A DNA stretch of 64,000 bases from Bacteroidales bacterium (GTDB taxonomy: Bacteria > Bacteroidota > Bacteroidia > Bacteroidales > VadinHA17). Under the pieces are notes generated by a model. That model searched no databases. It was not told the DNA's origin and worked only from the letters and a program-made list of their open reading frames with translations. Below, piece after piece: positions 29,282 to 38,311 of the stretch (the stretch's first letter is position 1; each line of letters opens with the position of its first letter). The DNA lies in NCBI GenBank assembly GCA_003141715.1, contig PLNF01000048.1:1486-65485 (forward strand), written 5' to 3'. The translations under genes and the position numbers were made by a program.

Positions 29282-29614
29282 ATAGAATTTTAGTAATCAT
29301 TATTCAAATTGATATATTTTGTGATATAAATAGCAAATTAATTAAGTAAATATTTATATTAACTAAATAAATGATATATAATACTTGTATTTAATAAATA
29401 TTATTAATATGACAAAAATCATGTTTTTGATTACTGATCTTCACTTCATCAGGCAAATGTGATGCTTATACAATAAAATTTTAATGCTGTTAAAAATTCT
29501 TAATTATTACGATAATAAATGCAAAATATCAATTCGCTAAATTTATTAAACACGGTTTTCATATATTGCAATCTCATTTAAAAAGGACGTTATCAGAATG
29601 TTTGACTGAAGAAT

Positions 29615-31069
29615 ATGTTATTACAGGTAAAAAAAAGAACATTAATTGCTGCCGGAGTTGTTTTAGTTTTTGCATTTATTCTGTTTTGGTGGTTATTGAA
29701 AGGTCAGCCTTTAGATCTTAGTGAAAGGATTCCGGGAATGGATGACCGTCCCAAAATGGAAGCAAAGTCAGATACAATTATCATCGGTCAGTTTTTTGAT
29801 ACTCTTTCTGAAATGGATGCAATGGTCGCAGGTGACTGGCCAAGGTTCAGAGGAGCTGACCTGGATAATATTAGTAAGGATACAACCCCTCTTGCAGAAT
29901 CGTGGGATACTTCAGGACCAGCCATTATCTGGAGAACCACACTGGGTGAAGGATATGCAGGTCCGGCTGTGCATAATGGACGGGTTTACCTTCTTGATTA
30001 TAACGAAAGAAAGAAAGCTGATGCTCTCAGATGTTTTTCCCTTTCATCAGGAAAAGAGTTATGGAGGCGTTGGTATTATGTTGATCTGAAAAGGAATCAT
30101 GGATATTCCAGAACTATTCCTGCAGTAACTGATAAATATCTTGTTACCATTGGCCCTCGATCGCATGTTATGTGTGTTGATCCGCTTACAGGTAAAATGT
30201 TATGGTCTATTGATCTTGAAAAAGAGTTTGGAATTCCTGGAACAGAAAAGGGAAGAATCACACCTGATTTTTATACTGGTCAATGTCCATTGATCGATAA
30301 TGATGTAGCTGTACTTGCCCCGGGAGGAAAAGCACTGATGATAGGATTAGATTGTGCATCAGGTAAAATAATCTGGCAGACACCTAATATTGACTCCATC
30401 CGGATGTCACACAGTTCGATAATGCCGATGATAATTCACGGGAAAAGAATGTATGTTTATAATGGCATTGGCGGAGTTTGTGGTGTTTCTGCTGAAAAGA
30501 CGGATATAGGAAAATTATTGTGGACCACAACTAAGTGGAGTCCGGCAACAACAGCTGCTTCTCCCCTGTTTCTTGGAAATAATGAAATAGCGGTTTTTGG
30601 AAGTTATGGTGCAGGTGGTGCCCGGATTGTAATAAATACCACCGGATCGGGATATTCAGCAACAGTAAAGGAACAACATAAAGCTACGAATGGGCTGGCA
30701 AGTGATCAGCAAACACCCATAATCGCAGGAACTTATATATGGAGCGTTTTACCTGAGAATGCCGGTACATTGAAAAAGCAATTGGTTTGTTATAAAAAAT
30801 CGGATCTATTGACAGCTGTATGGTCAAGTGGTAAAGAAAACAGATTTGGACGCGGACTTGGTCCGTATATTGTCAGCGGAAATAAATTATATCTTCTCGA
30901 TGATGATGGGAAACTTTACTTTTATAAAATTCAGGATAACAAAGTCATATTAATTGCAAGCCATAAGGTTATCAAAGGAATTGAGGCCTGGGGACCAATG
31001 GCAATTGCAGGAAAGTACCTCATTATGAGGGATGCAAGAAATTTACTTTGTCTTAATATTGGTAAATGA
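29615..31069 (+). CDS. Membrane-anchored PQQ-like (PQQ_2/BamB-fold) beta-propeller repeat protein, paralog 1
   Basis: 484 aa. N-terminal TM RTLIAAGVVLVFAFILFWWLL, WPRFRGADLDN entry motif, and repeated ...G-x-x-Y-x-x-D...G-K-x-L-W blades. Confidence 0.7.
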   Translation: MLLQVKKRTLIAAGVVLVFAFILFWWLLKGQPLDLSERIPGMDDRPKMEAKSDTIIIGQFFDTLSEMDAMVAGDWPRFRGADLDNISKDTTPLAESWDTSGPAIIWRTTLGEGYAGPAVHNGRVYLLDYNERKKADALRCFSLSSGKELWRRWYYVDLKRNHGYSRTIPAVTDKYLVTIGPRSHVMCVDPLTGKMLWSIDLEKEFGIPGTEKGRITPDFYTGQCPLIDNDVAVLAPGGKALMIGLDCASGKIIWQTPNIDSIRMSHSSIMPMIIHGKRMYVYNGIGGVCGVSAEKTDIGKLLWTTTKWSPATTAASPLFLGNNEIAVFGSYGAGGARIVINTTGSGYSATVKEQHKATNGLASDQQTPIIAGTYIWSVLPENAGTLKKQLVCYKKSDLLTAVWSSGKENRFGRGLGPYIVSGNKLYLLDDDGKLYFYKIQDNKVILIASHKVIKGIEAWGPMAIAGKYLIMRDARNLLCLNIGK

Positions 31070-31076
31070 ACAGAAG

Positions 31077-31997
31077 ATGAAAAAGAAAGTAGTAACTATT
31101 TTAGCAGTATTAATCATACTCGTCTTTATCGGGTACATAATCTTTGATTCTGTTAAACCTGCGGTTTCAGTAAAAAGTGAAACCAAAAATTCACAAATTA
31201 AGGAAATACCAGATGCCTGGAAGATTTCAAATGAGCTCAAGGTGAATGAAGGTTCCCTTAAGGCAGTAACTGTTACTACCGCAGGAAAAATATATCTCGG
31301 TGGTGATTCTTTTGTATCATGTTATGATAAAGATCTGAAACTCATCTGGAATGTGAAAACTCCTTCGCCTGTGACAGCTCTTTCGAACTATGGAGATACA
31401 GTTTTTGCATCAACAATAGAACAGATACTTGTAATGAATTCTGCTGGTAAGATATTGAGCGAATGGGGGCCATTTGAGGATAGCTGCATTATTACTTCTG
31501 TGAGTTCAAACAGAGAATTTATTGCCTTTGCCGATGCAGGAAATAAAATGGTTTTCATTCTTGACAAAAGTGGTGAGGTTAAAAAAATGATTGGCCAGAA
31601 TGACGGACAATTTGTCATCCCAAGTCCCTATTTTGAAGTAGCCCTCGATAATGAGAATAACCTGTTTGTAGCAAATACTGGACACCATCGGATTGAAACC
31701 CGTACAATTGATGGGGTTTTAAAAAGCTATTTCGGAGAGGCCGGAACAGATCCCGACCGATTCTGCGGTTGTTGTGCTCCTCCTCATTTCATACTCATTC
31801 CTGGGGGATTTGTAACTGCTGAAAAAGGAATTAACAGGATTAAGATCCTCAACAAAAAGGGAGAATTTGTTGAATTTGTCAATTCAAAAAATGACTTTAT
31901 TAAATCGGTTCCTCTGGATCTGGCTTCCGCAGACGGGAAAACAATTTATGGGGCTTATCCGGCGGACTCTAAGCTTTATGTATTTAACCGTAAATAA
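31077..31997 (+). CDS. Membrane-anchored NHL-repeat / 6-bladed beta-propeller protein
   Basis: ATG 31077 gives MKKKVVTILAVLIILVFIGYIIF (TM anchor). NLFVANTGHHRIETRTIDG is an NHL-type blade. A distinctive FCGCCAPPHF motif is present. Confidence 0.6.
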   Translation: MKKKVVTILAVLIILVFIGYIIFDSVKPAVSVKSETKNSQIKEIPDAWKISNELKVNEGSLKAVTVTTAGKIYLGGDSFVSCYDKDLKLIWNVKTPSPVTALSNYGDTVFASTIEQILVMNSAGKILSEWGPFEDSCIITSVSSNREFIAFADAGNKMVFILDKSGEVKKMIGQNDGQFVIPSPYFEVALDNENNLFVANTGHHRIETRTIDGVLKSYFGEAGTDPDRFCGCCAPPHFILIPGGFVTAEKGINRIKILNKKGEFVEFVNSKNDFIKSVPLDLASADGKTIYGAYPADSKLYVFNRK

Positions 31998-32140
31998 AAT
32001 AATAGAAATGCTACTAAAACGATAAGATTGCTTCGCTTCGCTCGCAATGACCCTGCAAGTTAGATAGATTATACGCTCAACGAGGAACGCGAAACGAGTA
32101 AAAAGCAACAAGCAACAAGTAACGAGTAATCAGACAATAT

Positions 32141-32305
32141 ATGACCAGAAATGAATTATTAAAAAAGCTTGGAAGATATCTTCTCCTGATGTTAATAGCT
32201 GTAATAGTCATTGCACTGGGAAAAAAGGTCGTGAGCGGGAATGATTGTTCAACATGTCCTGGCAAGGGGATTTGTAACGGTAAAACCGACTGTAATAAAT
32301 ATTAA
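32141..32305 (+). CDS. Unlisted 54-codon ORF: small membrane-anchored Cys-rich peptide
   Basis: My own translation is MTRNELLKKLGRYLLLMLIAVIVIALGKKVVSGNDCSTCPGKGICNGKTDCNKY, followed by a stop. It has one TM plus a C-x2-C-x5-C-x5-C tail. It ends 11 nt before the Tat-ferredoxin ATG. It falls below the 60-aa cutoff of the ORF track. Confidence 0.45.
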   Translation: MTRNELLKKLGRYLLLMLIAVIVIALGKKVVSGNDCSTCPGKGICNGKTDCNKY

Positions 32306-32316
32306 TTGCAGTAAGC

Positions 32317-32880
32317 ATGAAGGATGCTAAGAATAAATATCAGTCAAGGAGGGATTTTGTAAAAACTGCAGGTAAGCTGATTGTTACAGTACCACTGGTT
32401 ATTATACCTGCTTTTCTTATAAAAAAGATTTCAGCAGCAGGATATGTCTGGCAGATAGATCCTTTCAAATGCACACAGTGCGGACAATGCAAGACTAACT
32501 GTGTACTTACACCTTCTGCATCAAAATGTGTACATGCTTTCCGGATGTGTGGCTATTGTGATCTTTGTGGAGGCTATCTCCGTCAGGGAGTAAAAACGAT
32601 CAGCACCGGAGCGGAAAACCAGTTATGTCCAACCGGAGCAATAACTAGAAAATTTGTTGAAGAGCCTTATTTTGAATATACAATAAATGAAGAAATATGT
32701 GATGGATGTGCAAAATGTGTAAAGGGATGCGGTGATTTTGGAAACGGGTCACTTTATATGCAGATCAGGCATGACCGGTGTGTAAACTGCAATGAATGCT
32801 CAATTGCACGTACTTGCCCGTCGAATGCAATTTCTCGAATTCCTGTAAACATTGCTTACTTACCGAAAGACAAAAGATAA
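32317..32880 (+). CDS. Tat-signal poly-[4Fe-4S] ferredoxin (NapG/MauM/NosG-like)
   Basis: SRRDFVKTAG is a twin-arginine motif followed by a hydrophobic stretch. Cluster motifs: CTQCGQCKTNC, CGYCDLCGG...CPTGAI, CDGCAKCVKGC, CVNCNECSIARTCP. Confidence 0.75.
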   Translation: MKDAKNKYQSRRDFVKTAGKLIVTVPLVIIPAFLIKKISAAGYVWQIDPFKCTQCGQCKTNCVLTPSASKCVHAFRMCGYCDLCGGYLRQGVKTISTGAENQLCPTGAITRKFVEEPYFEYTINEEICDGCAKCVKGCGDFGNGSLYMQIRHDRCVNCNECSIARTCPSNAISRIPVNIAYLPKDKR

Positions 32881-32945
32881 AAGTAAAAATGGAAAAATGG
32901 AATGAAAAAACGGAGAACGTTAAACACTGAACCCTAAACTTATAG

Positions 32946-34211
32946 ATGAAAAAGGCTCTGCCATATATTGTTTTTATACTGCTATTATGCTGGCATGTGG
33001 TTCTTTTTGCCCAGGACAGGTTTCCGAGACCTGAATTTGAATCGGGGCATGTTTATCCGACAAACCAGATGCCAAAACCCAGGGTTCCGGGCTGGGAGTA
33101 TTTTGATGTTCTGATATTGACCGGAGCTTTGATAATGACAACCTGGCTGGCATTGAAAAAGCGTTCACGACAGGGTTTAATCTGGATGTCGGTCTTTTCT
33201 CTGGCTTATTTCGGTTTTTACAGAGAGGGTTGTATCTGTGCAGTCGGATCAGTTCAGAATGTATCGCTGGCTTTATTTAATACAGGATATTCAATTCCTC
33301 TTTCAGCACTTCTGTTCTTTATTATTCCTTTATTGTTTGCACTTGCCTATGGACGTGTATTTTGTTCTGGAGTCTGTCCCCTCGGAGCCATTCAGGAACT
33401 AACTGGCCTCAAACCGGTAAAGCTTCCAAAAGCTGTTGAATTAATTCTGGCCTTTGTACCTTTTATTTATCTTGGGATCGCTATCTTATTCGCTTCAACT
33501 AATAGCCAGTTTCTTATATGCAGGTATGATCCTTTCGTCGGAATATTCAGGCTGGATGCTCCTTACACAATGATAATCTTTGGAGCATTGTTACTTTTAG
33601 CAGGGATATTTGTTAACAGGCCTTACTGCAGGTTTCTCTGCCCCTATGGTGTCCTGCTTAATATCTTTTCAAGGTTTGCAGGAAAGCATCTGACAATAAC
33701 ACCTGCTGAATGTACGAATTGCAGACTTTGCGAAGATGTTTGCCCTTATGATGCGATAATTCCTTCAGATACAGATCAAAAGAGGGAAGAGCCGCAAAAG
33801 TCAAGGAAGCGTTTTATTATTTATTTCCTTTTTGTTCCCCTGTTTGCAGCTACAGGAGCATTTTTACTTCACAACCTCGCTCCCGCCTTGTCAGGGGCAA
33901 ATAATACAGTAAGACTTGCAAGAGAGATCAGAATCGAGAAGAAAACTGGTATTGAATCAGAGCTAAAAGATGTTGTCGCGTTCAAAGAATCAGGTAAGAC
34001 AGAATCAGAATTATATACAGAAGAAGAGTTAATCATCGGGCGATTCAGAAGAGGTTCTCCATGGGCTGGCGCGTTTTTGGGAATATCATTCGGAATAGGA
34101 ATGATAACACTCACAATAAGAAGTAAGAGAAGTGAATATAAACCCCATCAGGGGAAGTGTTATAGTTGTGGAAGATGTTTTAAATATTGTCCAATTAAAG
34201 TGAAAACATAA
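32946..34211 (+). CDS. NapH/MauN/NosH-type membrane polyferredoxin
   Basis: 421 aa and multi-TM. Two CX3CP motifs (FCSGVCPLG, YCRFLCPYG). Two 4Fe-4S motifs (CTNCRLCEDVCPYDAI, CYSCGRCFKYCP). Confidence 0.75.
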   Translation: MKKALPYIVFILLLCWHVVLFAQDRFPRPEFESGHVYPTNQMPKPRVPGWEYFDVLILTGALIMTTWLALKKRSRQGLIWMSVFSLAYFGFYREGCICAVGSVQNVSLALFNTGYSIPLSALLFFIIPLLFALAYGRVFCSGVCPLGAIQELTGLKPVKLPKAVELILAFVPFIYLGIAILFASTNSQFLICRYDPFVGIFRLDAPYTMIIFGALLLLAGIFVNRPYCRFLCPYGVLLNIFSRFAGKHLTITPAECTNCRLCEDVCPYDAIIPSDTDQKREEPQKSRKRFIIYFLFVPLFAATGAFLLHNLAPALSGANNTVRLAREIRIEKKTGIESELKDVVAFKESGKTESELYTEEELIIGRFRRGSPWAGAFLGISFGIGMITLTIRSKRSEYKPHQGKCYSCGRCFKYCPIKVKT

Positions 34212-35906
34212 ATGAAGTTTATTTTTACTGAAAAAGATATAAGTATTCTTAAAGTTATTAGTCAGATCGCAGGAGGATTTGCCCTTATTGTGGCAATGAC
34301 TATGATCTTCAGCCTGGTACAGTTAAAAACGGTTAATCCTTTAGACAATCCGGTACTGTTGTCGGTAAAAGAACAATACGACAAGGATCCATCGAATGCT
34401 GCTAAGGCTGAGCAGGTAAGGGCAATGGATCTGATGGCAAGAAAAGCTTATTTCAGTTCAAGATGGCAGGTGGAAACAGGTTCATATCTCCTGATTGCCG
34501 GGGTCATTATCTTCATTATTTGCCAGCGGATTATTTCAGAGAATGAAAAACTTGTACTTGTACTCGCTGATGCAAAAACTGATTCATCCATGCAACGGGG
34601 AAAAAACAGAAAATACCTGATTTCAGCAGTCATAATTATTTTTATTACAGCAATTATTGCATCTTTTTTTCTGCGTGCCGATCTCCCGGATATCTCAGGA
34701 AAAGCTCCGGGGTCCTCGAAGAAAGAGGAACGCAGCAATGAAAAGGCACCCAAACCCGATAAAACAAACTGGCCATTCTTTCGTGGTCAGGATAGTCGTG
34801 GAATTGCAGGAGGTACTGGATATCCGACCGAATGGGATGCTACAGCTGGAAAGAATATCGGTTGGAAAATTGAGGTACCTGAAAATGGAAAGAGCTCTCC
34901 TGTTATTTGGGAAGATAAAATTTTTATTACCGGAGCTCAGGAAAAGATTTGCGAGGTTTATTGCATTGATAAAAAAACAGGAAAAATACTATGGACCGGG
35001 TCTGCTTCTGATATCCCGGGCGAACCGGCAGTATTGCCTAAAATGGCTCAGGAAGCAGGGCTGGCTGTATCGACAGTAGCCACAAATGGTAAAGTGGTAT
35101 GTGCTGTTTTCTCAAATGGCAACCTTGTCTGCTTCGATATGGATGGGAAACAGAAATGGGCAAAAAACATAGGCGTCCCTGAAAACAGTTATGGTTATGC
35201 ATCTTCCCTGATGATTTATAAAGACATTCTGCTCGTTCAATTCGACAGTAATGTAAAGATATCGCTTATTGGATTTGATCTGGTAACGGGTGATCAGAAG
35301 TGGGAAACCCTGCGACATGGACATGCTGTATGGTCATCACCGGTTATGGCTTATTTCGCCGGAAAATCAGAACTGATAATAAACGGAAATCCATATGTGA
35401 GTGGTTATGATCCTTTAACAGGAAATGAACTCTGGGAAGTAGAATGCATGAGCGGAGATGTTGCTCCATCGGTCGCAGTAAACAGCACAATGACCTATGC
35501 CGTAACTGATTATGCAAAACTTGTAGCAATTAAACCTGGAAATGGAGTATCAATAGTTTGGCAAGACAACACCTACACTCCTGACGTTTCAAGCCCTGTA
35601 GCTACTGATCAGTTTTTGTTTGTATCAACAGGGAACGGTGATGTTGCATGTTATAATGCAGCAAAAGGAGATACATTATGGACACATTATTTTCAGAATC
35701 CTTTTTATGCTTCACCTATAATATCAGATGATATGGTTTATCTTCTTGACAGATCAGGCGTGATGCACATTGTAAAGGCAGGATCATCGTTCAGTTTGAT
35801 CGCTGAATCGCCGCTTGGAGAAGGTGCCGACTGTTCACCCGCATTTTCTGACAAGAAAATTTATATACGGGGAACGAAAAACCTTTATTGCATATCGAAG
35901 AAATGA
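34212..35906 (+). CDS. Polytopic-anchored PQQ-like beta-propeller protein, paralog 2
   Basis: 564 aa. About three N-terminal TM segments, then WPFFRGQDSRGIAGG and the propeller blades. The ATG directly abuts the upstream TAA. Confidence 0.7.
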   Translation: MKFIFTEKDISILKVISQIAGGFALIVAMTMIFSLVQLKTVNPLDNPVLLSVKEQYDKDPSNAAKAEQVRAMDLMARKAYFSSRWQVETGSYLLIAGVIIFIICQRIISENEKLVLVLADAKTDSSMQRGKNRKYLISAVIIIFITAIIASFFLRADLPDISGKAPGSSKKEERSNEKAPKPDKTNWPFFRGQDSRGIAGGTGYPTEWDATAGKNIGWKIEVPENGKSSPVIWEDKIFITGAQEKICEVYCIDKKTGKILWTGSASDIPGEPAVLPKMAQEAGLAVSTVATNGKVVCAVFSNGNLVCFDMDGKQKWAKNIGVPENSYGYASSLMIYKDILLVQFDSNVKISLIGFDLVTGDQKWETLRHGHAVWSSPVMAYFAGKSELIINGNPYVSGYDPLTGNELWEVECMSGDVAPSVAVNSTMTYAVTDYAKLVAIKPGNGVSIVWQDNTYTPDVSSPVATDQFLFVSTGNGDVACYNAAKGDTLWTHYFQNPFYASPIISDDMVYLLDRSGVMHIVKAGSSFSLIAESPLGEGADCSPAFSDKKIYIRGTKNLYCISKK

Positions 35907-38311
35907 ATACAGATAAGTCAAACATATTGACCAGTGACTGCGGATGTGAGCAGACCTCCTCAAAGGATATTACTTCTGTTGTGGATGAAGTTGTTAAATT
36001 GACGGGCAGAGAACCGGAAAAGGTTATTTTAATACTCCAGGAAGTACAGAAAAGGCTTAACTGGCTTCCATCAGAAGCGCTTAAACATATTTGTAAAGTA
36101 ACTGATATCACTCCTGGCCAGATCTCCGGCGTTTCAACATTTTATTCTCAGTTCAGACATCTTCCTGTTGGCAAACATACGATAAAAATTTGCGCTGGAA
36201 CAGCATGCCATGTCAAGGGAAGCCCGTTGATATCTGATGCATTTAAAAGGATTCTCAAAATTGATAATGACAGGAATGCTTCACCCGATAACCTGTTTTC
36301 AATTGAAGAAGTTGCCTGTCTTGGATGTTGCACGCTGGCTCCTGTAGTTCAGATTGACGGGAAAACCTATGGTCATGTCAGACCAATCCAGGTAGAAAAA
36401 ATAATTCATGATTTCCTGAGTTCAGGCAATCAGAGCACCAATACAACTGAATCAGACGGGAATGAAGATATTGATGCCGAAATCAGGATTGGGATCGGCT
36501 CATGCTGTGTTGCCGGGGGCAGTAAGGAGATTCTCTCTGAAATAATTGATGTCAAGGAAAGGTATAATCTCAATATCAGGTTGAAGCCTGTTGGTTGTGT
36601 GGGAGTATGTAACCAGACGCCATTGATGGAAATAGTTACAAAAGAGAACATTCATTCCAGATATACTAAAGTCAGCAAGTTTCAGGTTGAAGAGATTCTT
36701 CTTAAACATATTACGCCCAGGAGTTTAAACAAAAGAATCAAAGGCAACATTAATGATCTGGTCGATACGTTTCTTTCTGAAGATAAGCTTTCAGGACAGG
36801 TCAATATTCCGGTTGAATTAAGAGAGAAATACCTTAATAATTTTCTGAATCATCAGGTACATATTGCCACAAAGAACAGTGGTATTCTTTCTCCTGAATC
36901 ATTTGAAGAGTATTGTTTGTCCGGTGGTTTCGAAGCACTTAATAAATGTATTAAAGAGTTGGATCAGGAATCAATTATCAGAATTATAACTGATAGCGGA
37001 TTAAGAGGTCGCGGAGGAGCAGGATTTTCTACCGGTAAAAAATGGGGAATTTCACTTTTTGCAACCGGGAATCCGAAGTATGTTATCTGCAACGGGGATG
37101 AAGGAGACCCAGGCGCTTTCATGGACAGGATGCTTCTTGAATCTTTTCCTTTCAGGGTAATTGAGGGGATGATCATTGCAGGCTATTCAACCAGCGCCAA
37201 TGAAGGGATTTTCTATACCAGGGCAGAATACCCGCTTGCAGTAACAAGGATCAGGATGGCCCTTAAATTGTGCTATGATAATGGAATACTTGGCCACAAT
37301 ATTTTTGGCACTGCTTTTTCTTTTAATATTAAGATTTTTGAAGGAGCCGGAGCCTTCGTATGCGGTGAAGAAACAGCATTGATTTCATCACTTGAAGGTA
37401 AGCGGGGAACTCCTCATCTGAGGCCTCCCTACCCTGCTGTCAGAGGTTTCAGGGGCTTGCCTACGCTGGTTAATAACGTTGAGACTCTTTCAGTAGTTCC
37501 ATGGATAATTATAAACGGAGCTGAAGCGTTCATATCTGTAGGAACTGAAAAGAGCAAAGGAACGAAAGTATTTGCACTTGCAGGAAAAATTTCCAAAGGT
37601 GGCCTCATTGAAGTTCCAATGGGAATAACAATACGCGAAATAGTTGAGAAAATTGGTGATGGTGTAGCTGATGGTAATACTTTCAAAGCTGTTCAGATCG
37701 GAGGTCCTTCAGGTGGTTGTATTCCTGCAAGTAAAGCTGACACTACTATTGATTATGAAAAACTTACAGAGCTGGGCGCTATGATGGGTTCTGGTGGTAT
37801 GGTTGTCCTGGATAACACAGATTGTATGGTTGACATGGCAAAATACTTTCTGACATTCACTCACAAACAATCATGCGGGAAATGTACATTTTGCAGAATC
37901 GGCACGAAACAGATGCTGAATATTATTACCGGATTGACTGAAGGTAAAGGAACTATTGAAGATATAATCGAGCTTGAAAATCTATGCAAATCGGTTATAG
38001 ATGGCAGTTTATGCGGACTTGGAAAGACTTCTCCTAATCCTGTTCTCACGGGCTTGAGATATTTCAGGGAGGAATATGAAGAACATACACGAGGAATATG
38101 CAGAGCTAACAAATGCAGGGATCTCATAAGATATAGTGTAAATGACAATTGTACAGGATGCACAAAATGTTCACAGGAGTGTCCTGTAAAAGCAATTCCT
38201 TTTAAACCTTATGAAAAACATGAGATAAACCAGTTAATATGCACGAAATGCGATAATTGCAGAAGTATTTGTCCTGAAAAAGCAATTGAAATTATTAATA
38301 TAAATGGTTAA
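35903..38311 (+). CDS. Fused NuoE-like [2Fe-2S] / NuoF-like NADH-FMN / 2x[4Fe-4S] flavoprotein (HydBC/HndAC-type diaphorase)
   Basis: Thioredoxin-like 2Fe-2S motifs: CAGTACHVKG...CLGCCTLAP and SCCVAGG...GCVGVCNQ. NuoF motifs: GRGGAGFSTGKKW, NGDEGDPGAF, VCGEETALISSLEG, SCGKCTFCR...LCGLGKT. C-terminal CTGCTKCSQECP and CTKCDNCRSICP. The ATG overlaps the upstream stop (ATGA at 35903..35906). Confidence 0.8.
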   Translation: MNTDKSNILTSDCGCEQTSSKDITSVVDEVVKLTGREPEKVILILQEVQKRLNWLPSEALKHICKVTDITPGQISGVSTFYSQFRHLPVGKHTIKICAGTACHVKGSPLISDAFKRILKIDNDRNASPDNLFSIEEVACLGCCTLAPVVQIDGKTYGHVRPIQVEKIIHDFLSSGNQSTNTTESDGNEDIDAEIRIGIGSCCVAGGSKEILSEIIDVKERYNLNIRLKPVGCVGVCNQTPLMEIVTKENIHSRYTKVSKFQVEEILLKHITPRSLNKRIKGNINDLVDTFLSEDKLSGQVNIPVELREKYLNNFLNHQVHIATKNSGILSPESFEEYCLSGGFEALNKCIKELDQESIIRIITDSGLRGRGGAGFSTGKKWGISLFATGNPKYVICNGDEGDPGAFMDRMLLESFPFRVIEGMIIAGYSTSANEGIFYTRAEYPLAVTRIRMALKLCYDNGILGHNIFGTAFSFNIKIFEGAGAFVCGEETALISSLEGKRGTPHLRPPYPAVRGFRGLPTLVNNVETLSVVPWIIINGAEAFISVGTEKSKGTKVFALAGKISKGGLIEVPMGITIREIVEKIGDGVADGNTFKAVQIGGPSGGCIPASKADTTIDYEKLTELGAMMGSGGMVVLDNTDCMVDMAKYFLTFTHKQSCGKCTFCRIGTKQMLNIITGLTEGKGTIEDIIELENLCKSVIDGSLCGLGKTSPNPVLTGLRYFREEYEEHTRGICRANKCRDLIRYSVNDNCTGCTKCSQECPVKAIPFKPYEKHEINQLICTKCDNCRSICPEKAIEIINING

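Noticed and set aside
31884-32265. Two minus-strand ORFs (75 and 62 aa) across the 31998..32316 spacer
   Set aside because: The first is built on an intergenic repeat (ttgcttcgcttcgctcgcaatgac). The second is antisense to the better-supported plus-strand 54-codon TM + Cys-rich ORF, which is co-directional with the operon.
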